Shown here: one piece after another, positions 57,495 through 64,000 of the stretch | Numbering within the stretch: position 1 is the stretch's first letter | How the letters are laid out: each line of letters opens with the position of its first letter | From: an uncultured Clostridia bacterium | GTDB lineage: Bacteria > Bacillota > Clostridia > TANB77 > CAG-508 | DNA: 64,000 nt | Assembly: GCA_944386165.1 (NCBI GenBank) | Contig: CALXAA010000002.1 | Coordinates: 32,695-96,694 of the forward strand | Direction of reading: 5' to 3' | Program-made: the position numbers and the translations under genes | Notes under the pieces: generated by a model | Databases searched by the model: none | What the model was told of the DNA's origin: nothing | What the model saw: only the letters and a program-made list of their open reading frames with translations

Positions 57495-58181
57495 TTATAA
57501 ATCTTTAATTATATTTTTTATATTTTTTTGACCTAATGATGGCTCTATTTCATTTACTAAATAAGTAACATTTTCTTTAAAAATGTTGCTTAAATTTTTG
57601 AATTTTATATTTTCTAATCTTTGATTTTCTATTAATGCTGCTTGATCTCCATTTTCTAATGGAAAATATAATTTTGTTTCTTCCCATTCAACCTTTAGGC
57701 CTAATGCTAAATAATCAAAATATTGTTCTTCTTCTTTAAACATCTGTTTTGAATAAAATAATTTTGACATTTTTATTGGATATTCTAAAAAGCGTAAAAG
57801 TTCAATACCTTTTTTTAATGAATATGCATCAAATGATGTAACGTAATATAATAAATCAAAACTAGATAATTCAAAATTTTCAAAACCATAATAGTCATCT
57901 ACATCAACGAAAATATAATCATAATCTAAACTATCATTTTCTTCAATTCCACAATATTCTTTTACTTGATTTATATCTCCAAATCCAACAGCTATATCTA
58001 TACCTTGGTAATCTGTTAGGTATGATATAGTTGGCATTATTGTTGGAATTACATATTTGGTTTTTTGAATTGATGTTGCATCAATAAATAATACTCTTGC
58101 TTCTGCTTTAGTTAAAATTTTAGAAATACAAAGTATTAAATCTGTTTTATCAAAAACCCCCACAAATCCAATTTTTTTCAT
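57495..58181 (-). CDS. Second degenerate ParA/CpaE-like protein
   Basis: MKKIGFVGVFDKTDL in place of a deviant Walker A; YDYIFVDVDD block. Confidence 0.4.
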   Translation of the reverse strand: MKKIGFVGVFDKTDLILCISKILTKAEARVLFIDATSIQKTKYVIPTIMPTISYLTDYQGIDIAVGFGDINQVKEYCGIEENDSLDYDYIFVDVDDYYGFENFELSSFDLLYYVTSFDAYSLKKGIELLRFLEYPIKMSKLFYSKQMFKEEEQYFDYLALGLKVEWEETKLYFPLENGDQAALIENQRLENIKFKNLSNIFKENVTYLVNEIEPSLGQKNIKNIIKDL

Positions 58182-58258
58182 ATATCTATCCTTTCAAGTC
58201 TATTATCTTTAATATTATCACATAGTAAGGGCATATGCACTATGCCCCTACAATTTAT

Positions 58259-59371
58259 TTACTCTACCACATCTAGAGATTCAATATAGTTTCTTCTAGC
58301 AGATTGTGCATTTGTTGTGCTTTCATCCATTCCAGTTTGAACATTTGCATTATATGATGGATCATTATTTATTGAAGATTGTAAATATTCATTTCTTGCA
58401 GTGGTTGCTGGAGCTTGATATCTTCTTCTTAATTCATTTTTTGCTTCTTCAACTACATTAGGATTTGAAATATTTCCATTTGCATCTACTCCTAATAGTG
58501 TTGTAACTGCAGAGTTTGGTCTATATGTTGGTATTGAAGCATCTTGCATTCCTGGTTCTTTGTATTTAGAAGCATATAATTTAGCTCCTTGTATACCATA
58601 AGCTTCTACTATAGCACTAGATAATGAAAGAATTTCATCCTCTCTTAAATTTAATCTAATTGTATCAGCTACATATGTCCCATCACTATTTAAAGGTATA
58701 TCTACTTGTTTCTTTGATACTACTATAAAGTTTTGTCCATCTGGAGTCATTAATCTTATATCAACATAATCTCCAGACATTAAGTCTACTGGTAAAACTA
58801 TCATATTGTAGTCTTCTACCCTTACATCATCAGTTACTGGTGCATCTGATTGTACGACTAAATTAGGTGTAATAACAGTATTTGCATCCATATCTAATTT
58901 AGCTAATACTGGTACATTATTTAATTCAATAGTTTCTGTGTTTCCATTTCTATCTTGTGTATAATAATTTCCTGTTGAAGAATCTTGGTAAACTCTTACT
59001 GTTTGTCCTTCTGCATCTGTGTAATATAGTCCTTCTGCATCTGTATTTAACATAGTTCCACTTGTTGTTTGTAGAAACCATCCACTTATTACCTCAGCTA
59101 CAGATGTAGCATTTGCTGGTATTGTACTTCTATCAACAGATTTTAATGTAAACATATCTTCTGTTAGTACTTGTCCTGATTTTACATCTTGGTTTAGTAC
59201 ATAAACTCTAGCAAGTGCAGCTTGTGCCGCATCTTGATCGTCTTTCATATTTTTTAAAAGTAATAGTAACAATACTATTATAATTCCTGTTATTAATAAT
59301 GTAATTAATACACCTGTTAAAAATGATGTTCTTGCCTTTTTTTGCATTGGATTCATTGCCATTTTTATCAC
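58259..59371 (-). CDS. CpaB/RcpC-like Flp pilus assembly protein (SAF domain)
   Basis: N-terminal TM LTGVLITLLITGIIIVLLLLLL, then SAF-like VYVLNQDVKSGQVLTEDMFTLKSV; first gene of the operon. Confidence 0.55.
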   Translation of the reverse strand: MIKMAMNPMQKKARTSFLTGVLITLLITGIIIVLLLLLLKNMKDDQDAAQAALARVYVLNQDVKSGQVLTEDMFTLKSVDRSTIPANATSVAEVISGWFLQTTSGTMLNTDAEGLYYTDAEGQTVRVYQDSSTGNYYTQDRNGNTETIELNNVPVLAKLDMDANTVITPNLVVQSDAPVTDDVRVEDYNMIVLPVDLMSGDYVDIRLMTPDGQNFIVVSKKQVDIPLNSDGTYVADTIRLNLREDEILSLSSAIVEAYGIQGAKLYASKYKEPGMQDASIPTYRPNSAVTTLLGVDANGNISNPNVVEEAKNELRRRYQAPATTARNEYLQSSINNDPSYNANVQTGMDESTTNAQSARRNYIESLDVVE

Positions 59372-59514
59372 ATTCCTTCCATTCGTTCTTTTTCTTTTTT
59401 CATTTTACAATATTTTTATTTAAAAATCAACAACAAAAGTTTATTGTAATATAAAATTAATACTGTTGTAATATTTCTGTAATATTATTATTTTTATATT
59501 ATAAATTTACATTT

Positions 59515-60387
59515 TTATCCAAAAAACATTTTCTCTAATATAACTGCAACTCCGTCATTATCATTGCTTGTAGTAACTTCATTAGCACATTCTTTAACAT
59601 ATGGTGCACTTTCTCCCATTGCAACACCAAGCCCTGCATTTTTTAACATTTTTATATCATTTGCATTATCTCCTATAGTAACAACTTCTTCTTTTGTAAT
59701 ATTCATAAGTTCTATTAGTTTTTCTAATGCATTCCATTTATCAACATCTTTAGCAGAAATTTCGGTATAAAAATATTCTAATGCAATTTCTTCTGTTCCT
59801 TGTTTTATTATTTTTCTAGACATATGAGAAACATCTAAAATTTCTATATCTGTAATTTCTCTTATTTTTTTCATGATGGAATTAAAAATAGGCTTACTTC
59901 CATCACATATCATTATTTTTAATATTTTTTCATCTCTCTTTTCAATATAATCATAAATACTTTCAACAATATTTATATGTGTTTTGTTTTCTTCTAATTT
60001 ATTTAAATTTTCTTTATAGTAATATAATGTATTGTAATTTAAATTTTTTGCTATGATGCCATTTTCTGTATAAACATTATAATATATACTATTTTCTTCA
60101 CAGATTTTAATTACTTGTAAAACTTTATTTTTGTTTAAAATATTTTCGTATAAAATCTTATCATTTTTTATATCATATGTAATAGCTCCATTTCCAGATA
60201 TGAAATATTTTTGACTATTAATTTCTTTAGAAAAATTTTTAACAGAATTAATAGGTCTTCCAGATGCAATAATTACTTCTACACCTTTTTCTTGAACTTT
60301 TTTTATAACATTTTTTGTATTTTCTGTAATAACGCCATATTTATTAAGCATTGTTCCATCTAAATCAATTGCAACTAATTTATACAT
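59515..60387 (-). CDS. Cof-type HAD-IIB phosphatase
   Basis: LVAIDLDGTML motif I, SGR motif II, GDNANDIKML motif IV. Confidence 0.8.
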   Translation of the reverse strand: MYKLVAIDLDGTMLNKYGVITENTKNVIKKVQEKGVEVIIASGRPINSVKNFSKEINSQKYFISGNGAITYDIKNDKILYENILNKNKVLQVIKICEENSIYYNVYTENGIIAKNLNYNTLYYYKENLNKLEENKTHINIVESIYDYIEKRDEKILKIMICDGSKPIFNSIMKKIREITDIEILDVSHMSRKIIKQGTEEIALEYFYTEISAKDVDKWNALEKLIELMNITKEEVVTIGDNANDIKMLKNAGLGVAMGESAPYVKECANEVTTSNDNDGVAVILEKMFFG

Positions 60388-60661
60388 TGTTTTTCTTCCT
60401 TATTGTAAAAATATTTAGGTCTAATTTAAGACCTATAAGTCTATTTTAATAAATAAAAAAAAATATTTCAATATATTTTGACAATTTATTTTATTTTCCA
60501 AAAACTTCTTGTTTAATTTATTGAAATTTGTACATTCTATTCTTAGAAAAAGTTTTTACTTTTTCTAAACAAAAAATAAAAAATTCCATATAAGAAAATT
60601 AAAATTTAAAATATATTTATATAGGAATTATAGATGTTATATATAACGGAGGTGAATAGGA

Positions 60662-60862
60662 ATGGCAAATTCAAACAGCAACAAAAAATTAGTACCAGAA
60701 GCTATGAGCGCTTTAGATAAATTCAAATATGAAGTTGCTTCAGAAATAGGTGTAACATTAAAAGATGGTTACAATGGTGATATATCAGCTAAAGATGCTG
60801 GTAAAATAGGTGGAAACATGGTTAGAAAAATGATCCAACAAGTTGAAAACAATATGAAATAG
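60662..60862 (+). CDS. Alpha/beta-type small acid-soluble spore protein
   Basis: 66 aa; KFKYEVASEIGV ... GKIGGNMVRKMIQ matches both conserved SASP boxes. Confidence 0.85.
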   Translation: MANSNSNKKLVPEAMSALDKFKYEVASEIGVTLKDGYNGDISAKDAGKIGGNMVRKMIQQVENNMK

Positions 60863-60879
60863 TTTTAATTGTTTAATCT

Positions 60880-60920
60880 GGGGTCAGTTCCAAAATTGTT
60901 TGGGGTCGGTTCCAAAATTG
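60880..60920. repeat. Two tandem copies of 19-nt unit GGGGTCRGTTCCAAAATTG separated by TTT
   Basis: ggggtcagttccaaaattg ttt ggggtcggttccaaaattg read directly after the SASP stop. Confidence 0.7.
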
Positions 60921-60994
60921 ACAAAATTAAAATAATTGTTAGGCAGAAGTATTATTCTTGGTTTTATTATGTTTTTTGTTTAAGCATACATAAA

Positions 60995-61015
60995 GGCAGG
61001 AGTTGTGCTCCTGCC
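60995..61015. terminator. Hairpin GGCAGGAG-TTGTG-CTCCTGCC between convergent SASP gene and RAMP operon
   Basis: 8-bp GC-rich stem; preceded by a T-rich tract on plus. Confidence 0.55.
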
Positions 61016-61020
61016 TTGTC

Positions 61021-61051
61021 AATTTGGTGCCAGGTCATTTAGTGCCGGTTC
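61021..61051. repeat. Inverted-orientation relative of the 20006..20062 repeat
   Basis: Reverse complement aaaaaaagaaccggcactaaatgacctggcaccaaatt matches aaaaaaagaaccggtactaaattgccc at ~20 consecutive positions. Confidence 0.6.
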
Positions 61052-61065
61052 TTTTTTTGACCTTT

Positions 61066-63096
61066 TTACTTAATATATTTAGGTAATAGTAGTCCACTTA
61101 TTTCTCCCAATTCTCTTCCGTTTTCTTTTATTTTTGAACTTTTAAATCCTTCTACTCCGTTTTCATCTTTTCCATCTATAATTCTTGGTAGAACCATTAA
61201 TATATATGGATTTCCTAATTTGTCAGATTTATTTAACATAAACCAATACATACTTGCTTCTTTTCCATTTTTTGTTCCTACTGGATATTGAACTAATGCA
61301 TCTTTATAATTATTTTTTATATAATTAAAGTCATATATTCTTAATGCTTCTTTCATTGGAATTGTATCCATATTAAACATTTTTAGAGAAATATTGCTTA
61401 GCTTCATTTCTGAAGAGTTGAAGAAATTATCATAATCTATTATTGAATATTGTATTTTGCCATTGTTTTCTGTAATATTTCTTATATAAACATTTTGTAC
61501 ATCTATTTTACAACTTCCAAAACCTAAAGGTTTAGCTTTTCCTATTTTATGACACAAGTCTTTATTATCATATTTTAAATTAATTACAGCTATTAATTCA
61601 TTCAAATTTTCTTCATTTATATTATTAAAATAAATTTTAAAATTAAATTTTGTGTTTACTTTTACCGGTGTTACTTCACAATTTCTTTCTGTTTTTTCAT
61701 TTGTAACACTATTTTGTATATCATCATGATGCCAATACATTTTTCTTCCTCTTATTGATATATCTCCTTCTTTTATATCAACTTTTCCATTTTGTGTTAT
61801 GCGTACATCATAATTAAAGTCAAAATTTTGTGGAAGGTTTTGAAATTGATTGTTTGGAGCATATAATGCATAAAATGCAGCATTTGCTATATGTGGACTT
61901 GCAAGTTCTTTAATTATCATCTTTTTGTCATATGGATTTTCTTTTGCCTCATAAATAGCATCAGATACACGAATTTTTGATGATATGGCATCATTTTCAG
62001 ATACAAAACCAAACATATTACATGCATTACATATATTATTTTTATCTATACATGGCATAAATTCTCCTACTAATTCATGTAATTTCCTGTGATATGCTTC
62101 TTTACCTATTGCTGCTAATGACAAATATCTTCTATTCTGAGTATCTGGTTTACTATACCATACTGGAAGTACTTGTAATTTTGCTATATCATATCCTGCA
62201 TACCAAACTTTATTTTTTCCTCTTATTTTTTGATTAAAAGCTTTATCATTATACATATCAAAAATTTCTTTTAAATTTTTAATACTTTCTTCTATATTAG
62301 ATATTTGTACTTCTACATTTTGTTTAACAAAAATACTATCATGTATATTATTATTTCCATTTTTATCTACTTCTTTTTTTCCACCCAATTCTCCAACAAA
62401 CAAAATGCCTTCTGTATTTCCGCTTCCAATAGATATAACATATGGTGATAAATGTGGATTATTTGATGGCTTAAATGTAAATTTAACCCTATCTCCTGTT
62501 TTATAAATTTTATCTCCAACTTTTAATCCGTTATTTTCATCAACAAAATAAGTTGCACAATTTTGAACACTTGCATCTTTAGGTTTGCCTTTACCTCTTC
62601 TACATGTATTTACAGCATACCTTTTTGCCTCATATAAATGCCACTTTCCATTATTGTCTTTTTCCAATATTCCAGGCATTTTTATATCTTTTGATCTTGA
62701 AATAAATGATATGTCATCATTTAATGTTGACATACATGAATTTGTAAATACTTCATAATCAGATCTTAGCATTCCTCTAATTTCACTTCCAGGTATTACA
62801 GGTACAGTAAAATTATTTTCTGTACTTTTTTCCCCATAATTAAAGAACTTATATTTTCTAAACTTCTTATCTCCACCCAAATTTTCTTCTTCAACATCAT
62901 TTGTACTTGGAACTATAATTGGTGTTTTTGCTATTAATTCACATTCAATAAATCCTGTTAATTTTCCTCTTCTTTCTGATTCTGGCAATCTTTCACAATT
63001 TTCTGGAAGAGTTATAAAATTATAAGGATTAATATATTTTACATTTTTATCAATACTTACATTATTACTTTTTCTTTGATTATTATAATTTTGCAT
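61066..63096 (-). CDS. Large RAMP-superfamily protein (two RRM/RAMP-like halves; Cas7/Cmr1/Csm5-like)
   Basis: 676 aa; RAMP motif VPVIPGSEIRGMLR (aa ~95); Cys cluster CIDKNNICNACNMFGF; C-terminal glycine-rich loop GKAKPLGFGSCKI; first glycine-rich segment SIGSGNTEGILFVGELGG; RBS AAGGAGGA; start abuts stop of upstream gene (TAAATG). Confidence 0.55.
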   Translation of the reverse strand: MQNYNNQRKSNNVSIDKNVKYINPYNFITLPENCERLPESERRGKLTGFIECELIAKTPIIVPSTNDVEEENLGGDKKFRKYKFFNYGEKSTENNFTVPVIPGSEIRGMLRSDYEVFTNSCMSTLNDDISFISRSKDIKMPGILEKDNNGKWHLYEAKRYAVNTCRRGKGKPKDASVQNCATYFVDENNGLKVGDKIYKTGDRVKFTFKPSNNPHLSPYVISIGSGNTEGILFVGELGGKKEVDKNGNNNIHDSIFVKQNVEVQISNIEESIKNLKEIFDMYNDKAFNQKIRGKNKVWYAGYDIAKLQVLPVWYSKPDTQNRRYLSLAAIGKEAYHRKLHELVGEFMPCIDKNNICNACNMFGFVSENDAISSKIRVSDAIYEAKENPYDKKMIIKELASPHIANAAFYALYAPNNQFQNLPQNFDFNYDVRITQNGKVDIKEGDISIRGRKMYWHHDDIQNSVTNEKTERNCEVTPVKVNTKFNFKIYFNNINEENLNELIAVINLKYDNKDLCHKIGKAKPLGFGSCKIDVQNVYIRNITENNGKIQYSIIDYDNFFNSSEMKLSNISLKMFNMDTIPMKEALRIYDFNYIKNNYKDALVQYPVGTKNGKEASMYWFMLNKSDKLGNPYILMVLPRIIDGKDENGVEGFKSSKIKENGRELGEISGLLLPKYIK

Positions 63097-63483
63097 TTAT
63101 ATCTCCTCCTTATCAGTAAATCCAACTAAACGAGAATCTTCAATTATTACTTGATTATTTTTATCTATATTTAAATAATTTCTCACAACTAATCTTTTTA
63201 AATTATCACTTCTTAAAAACATATATTCATCAAAAAAATCTATACCTTGAGTATCATCAATTCTCTTGCTTAAAATTTTTCCATCTTTAACTATTAATCT
63301 TATTTCTAAATCTTTATTAAATAATCTAATTTGATTACACAAAGAAAATTCAACATCTTGATCAAATTTCATTTCATTGTTTTCATATTTTCCTACACAT
63401 ACTTTATTGTAAAAATAAGCTATTACATTAGCATTTTCAACATTTTCGGCTTTTATAATGTTTAAAACCATATCTTTATTCAT
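63097..63483 (-). CDS. Small protein between the two RAMP genes (start taken at MNKDMVLN; 8-nt overlap with upstream gene)
   Basis: 128 aa; no recognisable motif. Confidence 0.4.
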   Translation of the reverse strand: MNKDMVLNIIKAENVENANVIAYFYNKVCVGKYENNEMKFDQDVEFSLCNQIRLFNKDLEIRLIVKDGKILSKRIDDTQGIDFFDEYMFLRSDNLKRLVVRNYLNIDKNNQVIIEDSRLVGFTDKEEI

Positions 63484-64000
63484 CTGCCACACCTCCAAGA
63501 ATTTTACTAATAGCATTATCTAAATCCAATTTTTCTCCATTTAATGTTACATTTTCTACTTTAAATAATCCTCTACCAATTGATGTTTGTCCACCAAGTG
63601 CAACTAGTCCATTATCAATATCTTTTATAACTAATGCAATTAATCCAATTATTCTACTATTATCATTATCTTGTTTTATACTTTTCTTTACTTTTATACC
63701 AAGACAAGTATAACCATTAAAATATGCAGATTCAGAAAATAATGCTCTATCAGCTGCTCCTCCTGAAAATCTATCAATCTTATTTCTAGTTAAATCTATT
63801 TTATTTGCATTGTTAATAGTAGATTCTTCAATAATTATATTGGAAGAAAATGCTTCTTGTTCTTTACTTTTTTCTCTTCCAAACCAATCTGTTAAGATAA
63901 CACCAGAATTATGTATTAAATCATTTTTCATATATTCTAAAATTTGTCTTTTAATTAACCCATTCCAACTAGTTCCAGGAATAACAGGTTTTCCATTAGA
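63476..64000 (-). CDS. Cas7-like RAMP protein (Csm3/Cmr4/Cmr6-like), 5' end beyond window
   Basis: Frame open to the window edge: ..SNGKPVIPGTSWNGLIKRQIL (PGSSWKG-type RAMP motif), then DRFSGGAADRALF and C-terminal G-rich loop LVALGGQTSIGRGLFKV. Confidence 0.55.
   Translation of the reverse strand, partial: SNGKPVIPGTSWNGLIKRQILEYMKNDLIHNSGVILTDWFGREKSKEQEAFSSNIIIEESTINNANKIDLTRNKIDRFSGGAADRALFSESAYFNGYTCLGIKVKKSIKQDNDNSRIIGLIALVIKDIDNGLVALGGQTSIGRGLFKVENVTLNGEKLDLDNAISKILGGVADE

Noticed and set aside
45880-59371. Idea that the Tad-like locus is a sporulation (spoIIIA-like) secretion channel because it abuts spoIVB
   Set aside because: Gene sizes and number (635-aa ATPase, 691-aa platform, four pilin-like paralogs, SAF-domain protein) do not fit spoIIIAA-AH. 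Adjacency to spoIVB is probably coincidental
60880-60920. Tandem 19-nt repeats considered as a CRISPR array or tRNA fragment
   Set aside because: Only two copies with a 3-nt spacer; no cloverleaf-compatible sequence. No regular repeat-spacer array found anywhere in the window by eye

Overview
AT-rich, low-GC chromosomal segment that looks like a Clostridia-type endospore-forming Firmicute. It carries sigK, spoIVB, an alpha/beta SASP gene and an hrcA-grpE-dnaK-dnaJ operon with CIRCE. About 60 genes are present and all but two are on the minus strand. In map order: a partial HipA_C-like kinase gene; a csoR-thioesterase-copZ-copA copper operon in which copA is broken by a 1-nt insertion; a frameshifted AlbA_2/HATPase_c_4 gene; a polytopic membrane protein plus a membrane-anchored ECF-sigma fusion; two MacB-like ABC/FtsX fusions; a BceAB/BceRS-type peptide-antibiotic module; yccF-like; patatin; dnaJ, dnaK, grpE, hrcA; an rsmB/F-like methyltransferase; intact sigK (no skin-type insertion); sbcCD; zupT; LiaF/LiaG-like pair; membrane hypotheticals; a frameshifted tgt with intact queA; an orphan T4CP-like membrane ATPase; a permease; obgE; trpS; spoIVB; a 12-gene Tad/Flp-like (type IV filament) locus with four paralogous pilin-like genes; a Cof-type HAD hydrolase; the SASP gene. 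At the right edge a RAMP (Cas7-like) gene module runs off the window with no CRISPR array, cas10 or cas1/cas2 in view. No rRNA, tRNA, transposase or integrase genes were recognised. Several short intergenic repeat families and three single-nucleotide frameshifts in otherwise conserved genes were seen directly in the sequence.
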